Shown here piece after piece: positions 18,262-27,273 of a stretch of 62,295 nucleotides of DNA (position 1 is the stretch's first letter; each line of letters opens with the position of its first letter). Position numbers and translations under genes: made by a program. The stretch covers positions 1-62,295 of the IMG/VR virus record IMGVR_UViG_3300042357_000538, one strand, 5' to 3'. Under the pieces are notes generated by a model, which saw only the letters and a program-made list of their open reading frames with translations, was not told where the DNA came from and made no database searches. The stretch comes from a virus. Taxonomy: Duplodnaviria; Caudoviricetes.

Positions 18262-19524
18262 CTAGTCGTTGATGCCGACCAGCTTGCCCAGCGCCGGGCG
18301 GTTGACGCAGGCCAGGTCCCCGTAGTGGAACAGCGTCGCGCCGTAGGCGTCCACGCCGCTCACGCGGGAGAGCACCGCGCCGTCCTCCTCCATCCACTCG
18401 AAGTCCGAGGTCTGGAAGATGCGGAGCGCGTCGGGGACGATCGCGTAGATCGTGCCCCGGCGGCACTGGTTGTCCGGGACCAGCGGCACACCGTTGTGAT
18501 CGACCGCCTTGAAGCCGCCGTCCAGCGTCAGCGTGTTGAACCACTGCCTTTCGTTCGTCGCGAGCTCGACGTACTTGTCGCGCGTCTCGTACGAGCAGAG
18601 CAGGGCCTTGATGTCGGCCTCGCTGTACGAGCTGTTCTTGCCGATGCGCGAGAAGAGGCGCTGGATGTCGGCGAACGAGAGGTCGCGCTTGGCGGCCTCG
18701 CTGCCCACGATCTGCGACTTCCACCAGGTCTCGGTGCCCACCGCCAGGCCGTGGAGGCCCGTCAGGGTGCCGCCGCCCGGCGGCACGACCGGGTCGATCT
18801 CGGAGATGATGCCCTGCAGGCCCATCTTCTGGTGGCCGAGCGTACCGTTGAGGATCAGGTAGTCGCCGTCGGCCGTGGAGGCCACCGAGCCACCCGTGAC
18901 CGCGATGGCGGTCGAGGTGCCCGTGGCGTTCTCGGCGCCCACGGTCACGTTCAGCACGCCCGTGTTGCGGAGGCCTGCGTGCGTCGCGCTGTTGACCAGG
19001 TCGCACACCACCGTCTGGCCCACCGGGAGGTGGGTGAACGAGGTGCCCTGGTTGTCGTCCACGTCCACGGCCGGCAGGGTGTTGTCGCTCGTGGTCCAGT
19101 AGGCGAGCGCGTCCTTGCCGTCGCCGTGGAACTGGCGGTTGATGGCGCGCTTCATGTCCACCATCACGCCCTGGATTTCCGACTCCACCGCGCGCACGAA
19201 GGCGCCGGCGTTGTCGCGGGTCGCGCGGATCGTCGGGCCCGTCACCTGAATCGTGGCGTAGGTGTATTTGTTCGGGACGATCGCGTTGGCGTAGCTCTGC
19301 TCACCCGCGGTCGGGAGCGCGCCGCCGTCCGACGTACCGCGGCCGGCCGAGAGGTTGCGCCCCTTGTGGATCGCGACGGTGAAGTTCTTGCCGTACACGT
19401 CCTGGGTCGTGGAGTCGCGCTCGATCATCGAGAGCAGAACCGTGCTGTTGTTCAGCAGCTTCTGCATGACCGGCAGGTAGTAGTTCTTCAGGGCGTTGGA
19501 CGCCGCATCGAGGTTGAGTGGCAT
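18262..19524 (-). CDS. Major capsid protein (HK97 fold), 420 aa
   Basis: LKNYY..MQKLLNN, DGGALPTAG, AFVRAVESEI...MKRAINRQFHGDG, GVPLVPD; follows the scaffold gene. Confidence 0.85.
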   Translation of the reverse strand: MPLNLDAASNALKNYYLPVMQKLLNNSTVLLSMIERDSTTQDVYGKNFTVAIHKGRNLSAGRGTSDGGALPTAGEQSYANAIVPNKYTYATIQVTGPTIRATRDNAGAFVRAVESEIQGVMVDMKRAINRQFHGDGKDALAYWTTSDNTLPAVDVDDNQGTSFTHLPVGQTVVCDLVNSATHAGLRNTGVLNVTVGAENATGTSTAIAVTGGSVASTADGDYLILNGTLGHQKMGLQGIISEIDPVVPPGGGTLTGLHGLAVGTETWWKSQIVGSEAAKRDLSFADIQRLFSRIGKNSSYSEADIKALLCSYETRDKYVELATNERQWFNTLTLDGGFKAVDHNGVPLVPDNQCRRGTIYAIVPDALRIFQTSDFEWMEEDGAVLSRVSGVDAYGATLFHYGDLACVNRPALGKLVGIND

Positions 19525-19589
19525 GGGAGGGTCCTAGGGGGAGGCCAGAAGGGCCTCCCGCGGGGGGAACTGCGGGGAGGGAACGGGGG

Positions 19590-20705
19590 CTACCGGATCG
19601 CGGCGTTCGCGGCGGCGATCGACTGGGTGACCGCGTCACCGAGCCGCTTCCAGTCCGCGGACCCATCCGACTTGAAGAAGTGCGTCGGGCTGGGGGTCAC
19701 CGGGAGACCCCCGGGGGGCTCGATGCCCACCGTGGGTGAGAGCGGCGCCTGGGGCGCCGTGACGGCCTGCACCTTGCGGCGCAACTGCTCGGCCTGCTGG
19801 TACTTGGCCACCTGCGCCTGGGCCGTGCTCCGGAGGACCTGCTGGAGTTCCTCGAAGCTCTGGGGGTTGGCGCGCATCACTTCGAACTGGAAGACCTGCT
19901 CGACGTAGGGCGTGGCGGCGAGGTAGGGATCGGACTGGACCATGGCGCCGATGTGGCGGTCCAACTCGACCTTGTACGTCGCGAGGGCCTTGTCGTCCTC
20001 GACCTGCTGGATCTTCTGCTCGGTGATCTTGGCGGCCTCCACCTGCAGGTTCTGGAGCTGCTGCTGGTGCTGGGCCTGGAGGTAGGCGATGGCCTGCTGG
20101 AACTGCTCGACCGTGACCAGGTTCTCCGCCGGCGGCTGTGCCGCCGGAGGGGCCTGGACGGGCGCACCGTCCGCCTGGCTGGCGGCCGCCGCGACGGCGG
20201 CCGTGGCCTGGGCCTTGGTGAGGCCGCGTGCCTGGAGCTGCTGCACGACGCGCTGGGGGCCGAAGGCCTCCAGGGCATAACTCAGGACCGCATCATCCGA
20301 GCGCAGGAACTGGTCGATCTGCTGCCGTTCCTGGAGGAGGGCTTCCGCCTGTTCCGCCAGGGCGGCCTTCGACTCGAACGTCTTCCGTTCCTCGGCGAGG
20401 GCCTGGGTCTTGCGCGTGTAGTCGCTCTGAAGGAGGCCGTTCTTCCGGAGCTCGCGGGCCGACACGATGTGTCCCTTGCCCAGGTCGATGAGCGCATCGT
20501 CCGGGAACTCGAAGGGGATCGGGGCGGGCACGTCGAGGACCGGGACGGGGGCCTCGGCCGGTGCCTCCGGCACCGGGATGGCCGTCTCGGCGGGTGCTCC
20601 ACCGGGGGCAACCGGGGGAGGCGCAGGGGCAGCCGGGGGCGCAGACGGGGGCGCCGCCTGCATGGATGCGGCCACCTGGGCCGCGATACCGCTGAACTCA
20701 CTCAT
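19590..20705 (-). CDS. Capsid scaffolding protein, 371 aa
   Basis: ELRKNGLLQSDYTRKTQALAEERK scaffold motif; lies between portal and capsid. Confidence 0.8.
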   Translation of the reverse strand: MSEFSGIAAQVAASMQAAPPSAPPAAPAPPPVAPGGAPAETAIPVPEAPAEAPVPVLDVPAPIPFEFPDDALIDLGKGHIVSARELRKNGLLQSDYTRKTQALAEERKTFESKAALAEQAEALLQERQQIDQFLRSDDAVLSYALEAFGPQRVVQQLQARGLTKAQATAAVAAAASQADGAPVQAPPAAQPPAENLVTVEQFQQAIAYLQAQHQQQLQNLQVEAAKITEQKIQQVEDDKALATYKVELDRHIGAMVQSDPYLAATPYVEQVFQFEVMRANPQSFEELQQVLRSTAQAQVAKYQQAEQLRRKVQAVTAPQAPLSPTVGIEPPGGLPVTPSPTHFFKSDGSADWKRLGDAVTQSIAAANAAIR

Positions 20706-20823
20706 GGTGGTGCGTGTCCTACGAGCCAGTCCCAGAGGGGTGCTGGGCGCGCCGGGCGGCGCGACTTCCGGGAGCCCTGGGAAGATCCAGGGGTGTCCCG
20801 ACTGGCCGGCTGGCGCCGGCCGA

Positions 20824-20898
20824 GGGTTAACACGGCCCGAGTCGAACGGGCTCCTCCCGGCCTTCCAGCCGGGCGCGCTTCCAATGCGCTACGTGATA
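20824..20898 (-). tRNA. Aberrant tRNA-like element with an 8-nt anticodon loop (CTGGAAGG)
   Basis: Acceptor TATCACG/CGTGTTA (one U-U), D arm GCGC-ATTGGAA-GCGC, anticodon stem CCCGG/CCGGG, T arm GCCCG-TTCGACT-CGGGC. Confidence 0.65.
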
Positions 20899-20904
20899 AC
20901 GGCG

Positions 20905-23037
20905 CTAGGCTGCCGGAGGGGCGGCCTGATCTGTGGGCCCGGGGGGCGGCGGGGCCTGCCCCGGGGGCGGGCCCTGCTCAGGCCCCTGCGGGGCCTGCGG
21001 CGGCGCCACGAGGGGCGCCAGCATGGGCATCAGCTCTTGCAAGTCCAGCTCCATCGCCAGGTTGTAGGCGTGGGTGGGGTTGACGTACTTCGCGTGGTAC
21101 ACCGCGTGGAGGATGGCCTGGCGCTTCTGGGCCAGGTCCCAGGCCTCGAACTCGGGGCTCTTGAACAGGGCGGTGTGGACCTCCCAGTGCAGCTCGTGGT
21201 TGTCCCACGGCTGGGGCGGGAGCTCCTGGAACTGGGCGCCGCGCTCGAACTTGGTGTTCTCGAGGCTGGCCTGCTCCTCATCCCGCCGGATGTCGTCCTG
21301 CAGCTCGCCCACGCCGTCGAGGTCGATGACCTTCAACCCCTTGGCGGCGGTCTTCGGATCGGCCTGGGGGCCGAGCATCCCGGTGGCGAACAGCTCCATC
21401 ACCTGCTTCGTGCGGACGGCCGGCGAGGAGGAGAGGGCGTTGCCGGTGAAGATCCGGATCTCGGCGTGCTCGTCGATGTTGTTCTGCGAGAACTCGAAGA
21501 CCTCGGGGGCGCTGTTCTTGCCGCGCACCGCGATCATGCGGGACACGTCGTAGTACTGCTTCATCATCCGCCGCAGCTTGTACATGGCCTCTTCCCAGGC
21601 CATTTCGTGGTTGCGGATGTCGGGCGCGTGGACAGAATTTGTTGCCTCTTGCAACAAATTCACCTGGAACCCCGAGCTGGTCCCCGCGCTGTTGCCCGCG
21701 GCGGTGGGGTACAAATTCGGGATGGTGTCCAGCTCTTGCCGGATGATGTCGAGGTGGCGCCAGGCATCGGCCGCGATGTTCTCGGGGCGGATGACCATCG
21801 GGGGCGGCACGTTCGGCGGGGTGAGGATCCGGATGACTTCGCCGGCCTCGGAGGTCCAGGCGTTCGCCGGGAACTTGCAGAGCGCGCTGACGATGATCTT
21901 CGGGTGCGCCTGGAGCCGAATCTGTTCCGCCGCCTTGGAGCGGATCAGGTTGTACTCCTTGTTGAGCGCCATCAACTGCTCGACGACGGTCGGCACCCAG
22001 TACTGGCCCGCGAACTCGGTGTCGGGGAACTCCACCACCGGGAACGGGTTGGCCATGTCGTGGAAGCCATACGGGAGCTGGTCCTCCGCGCGGAGCAGCA
22101 CGCCCCCGCCCACCACGGTGTAGCGCCCCTTGGGGAACGTCGCGGTGGGGCGCTCGAAGAGCTCCTTGACGATGACGTAGTCCTTCTGGGCCTTCTCCGG
22201 GCCGCCCTGGTGCGTGGCGGCGCCGCTCACCCCCGAGTAGGTGCGCGTGGCCAGGTTCGCGATCTGGCGCTGGTACTGGAAGATTTCCTGGGGCCCGGCG
22301 TCGGCCTTGATCCGCTCGGCGTGCTCGGGGTAGCGCTGGCGGAGGTCGTCCACATGGCGGAGCTTGACCCGCATGACCTTGGTCTGCTCGGCCAGGGAGG
22401 GCTGGCCGGGGTCGCCCACGAGGATCTCGAAGGGCGAGCCGACCTCCACGCACACGTCGCCCAGGGGCAGCTCGAGGACTTCCTCCTGGAGCTGCTGCGG
22501 GCCCAGCGTGCCGGCGGGGAGCTTGACCCGGCCCAGCTTGGACTCGTCCCAGTAGAACCACCAGTACCCGCGGCCCGTGGTGCAGGACCAGTTCAGGGCG
22601 TGGCGGTACTTCTTCTCGAGGCCCTCCTTGGCGCTGATGTACTTGAGCGCGCCCAGGGTGGCGCGCGCGTCCAGCTTGTCCTGGCGATCGAGGGAGGCGG
22701 GCACCACCAGGGGCTCGAAGCGCGTCTGGAGGAAGCGCGCCTGGCGCATCTTGTTCTTGGCGTAGACGTGGTTGATCGCCAGCCGGATGCGGTGGGGCGC
22801 CGCGGGCGTGAGCTCGAGCGCGGCCTGGGCCTCGTTCCACTGGACGTAGTGCTGCCCGCGGAGGAAGGCCGCGTTCAGGAACCACTGGATCTCGTGCGCG
22901 CGCCGATCGGAGCGGGCCTGGGTGAAGAACTCGTCCACCTTGCTGACGCGCTCGCGCTCCGCCTCCTCGGGCGGCGCTTGCGCCATGCCGGGGACGGGCT
23001 TGGTCAGGAAGGGATCGAGGGGGGCGAGTGGTTCCAT
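20905..23037 (-). CDS. Portal protein (P22-like size), 710 aa
   Basis: AFLRGQHY, LAINHV, VGSPFEILVGDP, PFPVVEF, VEQLMALNKEYN; follows the terminase. Confidence 0.85.
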   Translation of the reverse strand: MEPLAPLDPFLTKPVPGMAQAPPEEAERERVSKVDEFFTQARSDRRAHEIQWFLNAAFLRGQHYVQWNEAQAALELTPAAPHRIRLAINHVYAKNKMRQARFLQTRFEPLVVPASLDRQDKLDARATLGALKYISAKEGLEKKYRHALNWSCTTGRGYWWFYWDESKLGRVKLPAGTLGPQQLQEEVLELPLGDVCVEVGSPFEILVGDPGQPSLAEQTKVMRVKLRHVDDLRQRYPEHAERIKADAGPQEIFQYQRQIANLATRTYSGVSGAATHQGGPEKAQKDYVIVKELFERPTATFPKGRYTVVGGGVLLRAEDQLPYGFHDMANPFPVVEFPDTEFAGQYWVPTVVEQLMALNKEYNLIRSKAAEQIRLQAHPKIIVSALCKFPANAWTSEAGEVIRILTPPNVPPPMVIRPENIAADAWRHLDIIRQELDTIPNLYPTAAGNSAGTSSGFQVNLLQEATNSVHAPDIRNHEMAWEEAMYKLRRMMKQYYDVSRMIAVRGKNSAPEVFEFSQNNIDEHAEIRIFTGNALSSSPAVRTKQVMELFATGMLGPQADPKTAAKGLKVIDLDGVGELQDDIRRDEEQASLENTKFERGAQFQELPPQPWDNHELHWEVHTALFKSPEFEAWDLAQKRQAILHAVYHAKYVNPTHAYNLAMELDLQELMPMLAPLVAPPQAPQGPEQGPPPGQAPPPPGPTDQAAPPAA

Positions 23038-23043
23038 GGCGCG

Positions 23044-23517
23044 TTACTGGAGGTGCCGCTGCATCGCGGCCACATCGACGCCCAGGTTAGTGAGGGTCGC
23101 GGCGGGGCCCACCTGGCTGTTCATCCACTCGACCGTGTCGAAGGGGGTGAGGTGGACCGGGACGCCCTGCGCGGCCAGCAGCTCGGCCTCGCGCTCGAGC
23201 GCCATCTTGATCTCGTCGGTCTCGCGCATCGTGGTGGCGATGGGCACGTCGGTCGTCTTGAACCCGTCGAGCCAGCTTTGGAACAACTGCTGCTGGGCGG
23301 CCGTCGCTTGCGCGACGGAGTCCAGGGAGCCCTGCATCAGTTCGGCCATCGCGCGGACCATGCCGTGCTGGGCCTGGAGTTGGCGCTCGAGGAGCGCCAG
23401 TTCATGGGCGCGCTGGGCGGCCACGCGCGACTCCCACCAGGTGAGGGGGGCGCGGAGCGCGCGCCAGGTGCGCTCGAGGAGGACGGCCGTGTAGAAGAGG
23501 AGGCGGGTGGTCAGCAT
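23044..23517 (-). CDS. Hypothetical protein, 157 aa
   Basis: Start overlaps the TerL stop (TGATG). Confidence 0.6.
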   Translation of the reverse strand: MLTTRLLFYTAVLLERTWRALRAPLTWWESRVAAQRAHELALLERQLQAQHGMVRAMAELMQGSLDSVAQATAAQQQLFQSWLDGFKTTDVPIATTMRETDEIKMALEREAELLAAQGVPVHLTPFDTVEWMNSQVGPAATLTNLGVDVAAMQRHLQ

Positions 23518-25166
23518 CAGTCCCAGCTCTGGTCGCCGCTGCGGGCCTTGAGCATGGCGGTCGCTTTCTCGAAGGGGGTCTTCACGCGGTGCTCCTCGGG
23601 GAGGTCGAGGTCGCCGGTGGGGGCCAGCCAGCCCGACTCGCCATCGCGGGTGGCGTGGAAGGCCGCGAGGGCCAGGCACATCGCCATGTCGTCGTGCTTG
23701 CCGGCCGGGGCGGCGATGGTGACCGAGCCGTTGGGGCTAATCTTCCGCTCCAGGTGCTTCAGCTCCTCGATGAGGATCGCGGCCTCGGGGGACGCGGCCG
23801 GATCCGGCAATCGAATCTGGCGTCGGTTGATCAGTTGCTGCAGGTTGCCCAGGATCTTGGCCTTGCTCCGGGCGGTGAAGTCGGTGCCCGAGAGGACGAT
23901 GTCGTACTTCAACGCGAGCTGCTGGAGGGTCTCGAACTGGTACTGGTCGCTGTGGACCTGCTCGACCCGGTAGTCGTTCCACAGCGGGAGGAGCTCGAGG
24001 AACACCGCGTCGGGGTTCAAGCGGGCCCCGCGCAGGGGGAGGAAGCGCCGGAGCGCATCGACCACCACCCCCTTGGCCGGTTCGTAGTGGGCCACCACGG
24101 AGGGGAAGGCGTCGGTCCGGAAGGCCGGGTCGATCGCCGCCACGTAGGTGGGGGTGGGATCGAGGGGCTTGCCCGGTCGGGGCATCGGCGCGTGTTCACG
24201 CACCCCCTTCTCCACGCAGTCCTCAATCGCGGCCCGGGACAGGAAGCCGGAGACCGCATCGGAGAACTGGGAGAGGAACTCACGGCTGAAGGCGTCGGGA
24301 TCCATGTCCCGCTCGGCTTCCAGCGCCTCCCGCGTCACGCGGGGGTTGCCCATCAGCGCGGTGGGCGCTTCGATCACGAGGGCCCGGGCGTAGCGCTTCC
24401 GGAGCTTCTCGGCGTTGGTCTTCAACCCCAGGGTGCCCGCGCTGACGGCGTCGTAGAGGATGCCCTCGCGGATGTAGGCCGAGGAGATCCCGAAGCGCTT
24501 GGCGTGGGGGAACTGCACCTGGGCGGGGGTGATGGCCCGGACGACTTCGTAGTCGGGGTTGGCGCTCTCCGAGTCGGAGTACCAAAAGGCCACCTCGTCC
24601 ATCGTGAGGAGGGGCACCGCGATCCCGCGCTGGTTCTTCAGATTGGGGGAGGCGGCCTCGATCACGATGCCGTTCTTCAGCCGGATGACCTCGGGCGTGA
24701 AGCTCGCGATTTCCCCGCGCAGGAGGGGCGAGCTCTCGATCACCAGGCGGATCGAGGTGAGGTTCTTGATCGCGATGTCCTTGGTCTGGGCGACCAGGAG
24801 CGCGACGCAGGGCATCCCTTCCTTCACGTACTGGGTGTGCCCGCCGAGGAGCAACTCGTAGGCGTTGATCAGGGCGCCCTGCTCGGTGGTCTTCCCGGAG
24901 CGGCGCCCCTCGAGGGCCCAGAGTTCGTTGTACTCACGCGGCACATACGGCACGTCGTGAGTGATGTCCTTCAGGTAGCCGAGTTCGTCGTAGACGCCGG
25001 CGCCCTGCATGGCGGACCAGATGCGGTGGTCCTCCTCCCCGTCGAGGGGCAGGCCGTAGAAGGCCTTCAGCACCACGCGCTGGGCGCGGGAGAGCTGCTC
25101 CCATTGGCGCTTGAGCAGCAGCGGATCGCTGATGGCGACCGCGAAGGGGATCCGAGCGCTGGGCAT
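23517..25166 (-). CDS. terL: Terminase large subunit
   Basis: Walker A GRRSGKT, Walker B LTMDEVAF, nuclease IDPA and HDDMAM. Confidence 0.92.
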   Translation of the reverse strand: MPSARIPFAVAISDPLLLKRQWEQLSRAQRVVLKAFYGLPLDGEEDHRIWSAMQGAGVYDELGYLKDITHDVPYVPREYNELWALEGRRSGKTTEQGALINAYELLLGGHTQYVKEGMPCVALLVAQTKDIAIKNLTSIRLVIESSPLLRGEIASFTPEVIRLKNGIVIEAASPNLKNQRGIAVPLLTMDEVAFWYSDSESANPDYEVVRAITPAQVQFPHAKRFGISSAYIREGILYDAVSAGTLGLKTNAEKLRKRYARALVIEAPTALMGNPRVTREALEAERDMDPDAFSREFLSQFSDAVSGFLSRAAIEDCVEKGVREHAPMPRPGKPLDPTPTYVAAIDPAFRTDAFPSVVAHYEPAKGVVVDALRRFLPLRGARLNPDAVFLELLPLWNDYRVEQVHSDQYQFETLQQLALKYDIVLSGTDFTARSKAKILGNLQQLINRRQIRLPDPAASPEAAILIEELKHLERKISPNGSVTIAAPAGKHDDMAMCLALAAFHATRDGESGWLAPTGDLDLPEEHRVKTPFEKATAMLKARSGDQSWD

Positions 25167-25691
25167 TCAGGGGGTGGTGCCGGAGACCGCCAGGCGGGCG
25201 GTGGCGCAGGCGCCGCGGGGGACGATGCAGGTGGTGACCGTGTAGTCCCCGGCTTCGGACACGGTCCAGTGCAGGCGCTTGACGATGTCCCCGGTCAGGC
25301 CCTCGACGCTGTTCTCCGAGACGATCAGGGGGTCGTCATCCCCATCACGCTCGAGGGTGGTGCGCCAGCTCCGGTCGGCGGGGTCCGGGTAGCGGTAGGC
25401 GAGGACGGTGAGCTCAAGCGGGGCGGGGCCGACTTGCCTCGAGAGCCGCAGCTTCGGCGCATTCGCCGCGCGCGTAGGCGGCACGGACCTCGGCCCACTG
25501 GGGGCTGTCCCACTCCGCGGCGCTGACATCGACGCTGGCGTAGGGGTCGCGCTCGACCACACAGGCACTGGAGTCCACCAGGGCAGGATGAACAGCGCGA
25601 AACTCAGCCACGAGGCCCCGCGCGGCCAGGCGCGCCGCGGCGCGGCGGTGCTTGCGGGAGGCGGTGGGGTGCTGGGCGGAGAGGTGGGCAA
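25167..25691 (-). CDS. Hypothetical protein with a hydrophobic segment and Ig-like C-terminus; start uncertain, overlaps 25414..25740
   Basis: The 3' part has coding-like codon bias and abuts the terL start. Confidence 0.45.
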   Translation of the reverse strand: MPTSPPSTPPPPASTAAPRRAWPRGASWLSFALFILPWWTPVPVWSSATPTPASMSAPRSGTAPSGPRSVPPTRAANAPKLRLSRQVGPAPLELTVLAYRYPDPADRSWRTTLERDGDDDPLIVSENSVEGLTGDIVKRLHWTVSEAGDYTVTTCIVPRGACATARLAVSGTTP

Positions 25692-25740
25692 AGGCGCGGG
25701 TCTTGAGCTCGGCGAAGGCAGATTGGCGGCTGTCGGGCAT
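25414..25740 (-). CDS. Hypothetical protein, 108 aa (MPDSRQSAF...)
   Basis: TGATG coupling to the upstream gene; GC-rich third positions. Confidence 0.55.
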   Translation of the reverse strand: MPDSRQSAFAELKTRAFAHLSAQHPTASRKHRRAAARLAARGLVAEFRAVHPALVDSSACVVERDPYASVDVSAAEWDSPQWAEVRAAYARGECAEAAALEASRPRPA

Positions 25741-25985
25741 CAGAGGCTCTTGGAGGACGAGCCGGGCGGGGTGTGGATGGCGGCCTGGATCTTCCGGTTG
25801 AGCTGCTCCATGGCGGCCTGCTGGGTGGGGGCTTTGGCGGAGAGCCCGTCGGGGCCGGAGACGGTGACCAGGGGCGTGCCGGTCTCGGGATCGGGGGCCG
25901 TGGTCACCGAGACGTGGAGATTGCGCCCCATGGTGGAGGGGCGGCGGCGGCCCATGGTCTGGGAGGCGGTGACGTTCAGGGGCAT
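25740..25985 (-). CDS. Hypothetical protein, 81 aa
   Basis: Operon packing. Confidence 0.55.
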   Translation of the reverse strand: MPLNVTASQTMGRRRPSTMGRNLHVSVTTAPDPETGTPLVTVSGPDGLSAKAPTQQAAMEQLNRKIQAAIHTPPGSSSKSL

Positions 25986-26548
25986 GCGGTGTCCGGTTCG
26001 GTGTCCGGTTCGGGGGAGGGGTCTGGGGCCAGGACTTCCGCGTCGATCGGGGGCTCTTCTGCGCCAGCCGTGTCGCTGTTCCCGGCCCCAGCGGCCGCTT
26101 CATACGCGGCCTTGACCTGCAGCCGCGCGATGTAGTCGCTCAGGGAGGCTGAGCGGTCCTGGTCCTTGGAGGAGCGCGCTTCCGCGCGCTCACCAAGGCG
26201 GACAAGAATGTCCAGAATCTTGAGCGCGACCTTCGTATCGTTCTTGGTCAGCGCCTGTTCGGCGACCTTGACGGCGGAGGGGATGAGCCCCACCACCTGG
26301 TCCTCGTACTTCTCGAGGAGGCCGGCCTTCTGCATCCAGGCCAGCTCCTTCTGGGACTGCCGCTCGGAGAGCCCCACCAACTGGCCCGCGTCTTTCGTGG
26401 TCATGCCGGCCAGCTTGGCGTTCAGGAGTTTGTGGGCCCGGACCTCGCGCACGGTGCCACGGGTGGGCTTGTTCCCCGCACCCCGGGGGCCGGTGCCGCG
26501 GGCGGCCTTGGCGCGCTCGGAGTCGAAGGTGGTGCTGCTGATGGGCAT
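25976..26548 (-). CDS. Putative terminase small subunit (HTH)
   Basis: GMTTKDAGQLVGLSERQ HTH, helical body and acidic tail; first gene of the packaging operon. Confidence 0.6.
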   Translation of the reverse strand: MPISSTTFDSERAKAARGTGPRGAGNKPTRGTVREVRAHKLLNAKLAGMTTKDAGQLVGLSERQSQKELAWMQKAGLLEKYEDQVVGLIPSAVKVAEQALTKNDTKVALKILDILVRLGERAEARSSKDQDRSASLSDYIARLQVKAAYEAAAGAGNSDTAGAEEPPIDAEVLAPDPSPEPDTEPDTACP

Positions 26549-26721
26549 CGTGGGGGTGGGTGGCTGCGCCACCCACCAACGCCACCGCGCTTGGCATCGC
26601 CCGCCGGAAGGCGGGCGGAGGGGGGTAGACCTGGGGGGAGGGGGCCCAGGCCTACCCGATGGGGCGGGGGAGCGCCCGCGGTGCGCCATGGCGCACCGCA
26701 GGGGGAGGAACCACTCTCTGC

Positions 26722-26761
26722 ATTCTAGGGGCGGAGGGGGTGCGGTGTCAAGTTTTTGACG
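26722..26761 (-). promoter_or_regulatory. sigma70-type late promoter TTGACA-N18-TAGAAT with a GTCAA-N4-TTGAC palindrome
   Basis: Near-consensus hexamers upstream of a multi-hairpin leader. Confidence 0.7.
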
Positions 26762-26763
26762 CC

Positions 26764-27042
26764 CTAGCCACGCCCCCGGTAGCGCAGGTCCCAGACCACC
26801 CGCCGCATCTCCATCCGGCAGGCGCGGAGGAAGGGGCCGGGGAAGCCGCGGTCCAGGTACTTCCGGAGGCTCGCCGGCCGCACGCCGAGGAGCTCGAGCC
26901 GGCGGCGGTAGCGGGCGCGCCGGGCGGCCAGGTGGCGCTCCTTGGGCTCCGGCCGGGCGGGGATCGTGATTCGTGCGTGGAGCCGCCGGCCCGCCTGCGC
27001 CTGGTCCCGCTCCCAGAGGCCGAAGTGGAAGCCGCCGGTCAT
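26764..27042 (-). CDS. Arg-rich hypothetical protein, 92 aa
   Basis: ATGA overlap with the upstream gene. Confidence 0.5.
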   Translation of the reverse strand: MTGGFHFGLWERDQAQAGRRLHARITIPARPEPKERHLAARRARYRRRLELLGVRPASLRKYLDRGFPGPFLRACRMEMRRVVWDLRYRGRG

Positions 27043-27230
27043 CCGAGGATCAGGGTCTTGTAGGCCCAGAGGAGGAGGCCGGCGATGTTGGCCAGCGCGA
27101 ACCAGCCCAGGGCCTTGTCCGCGGTGGGGTAGTCGTCCCGCACCGCAGCGACCAGCCACAGGAAGCCCGCCAGGGTGGTGGTGATCCCGACGGCCCAGAG
27201 GGCCATGACCGTCTCGTAACTCAGTTGCAT
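27039..27230 (-). CDS. Small two-TM membrane protein
   Basis: GGAGGAG RBS; two hydrophobic helices. Confidence 0.6.
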   Translation of the reverse strand: MQLSYETVMALWAVGITTTLAGFLWLVAAVRDDYPTADKALGWFALANIAGLLLWAYKTLILG

Positions 27231-27273
27231 GTCTCCTCCGTCTCGGCCAGGGAGGCCGGCAGGGTGGCGTAGC

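Noticed and set aside
17819-18264. Capsid stop-codon readthrough into the downstream gene
   Set aside because: Different reading frame, and the downstream gene has its own promoter and RBS
20706-20823. Theta/HDV-like ribozyme in the tRNA 3' trailer
   Set aside because: I could not build the nested double pseudoknot by eye; simple stems explain the region. A descriptor search would settle it
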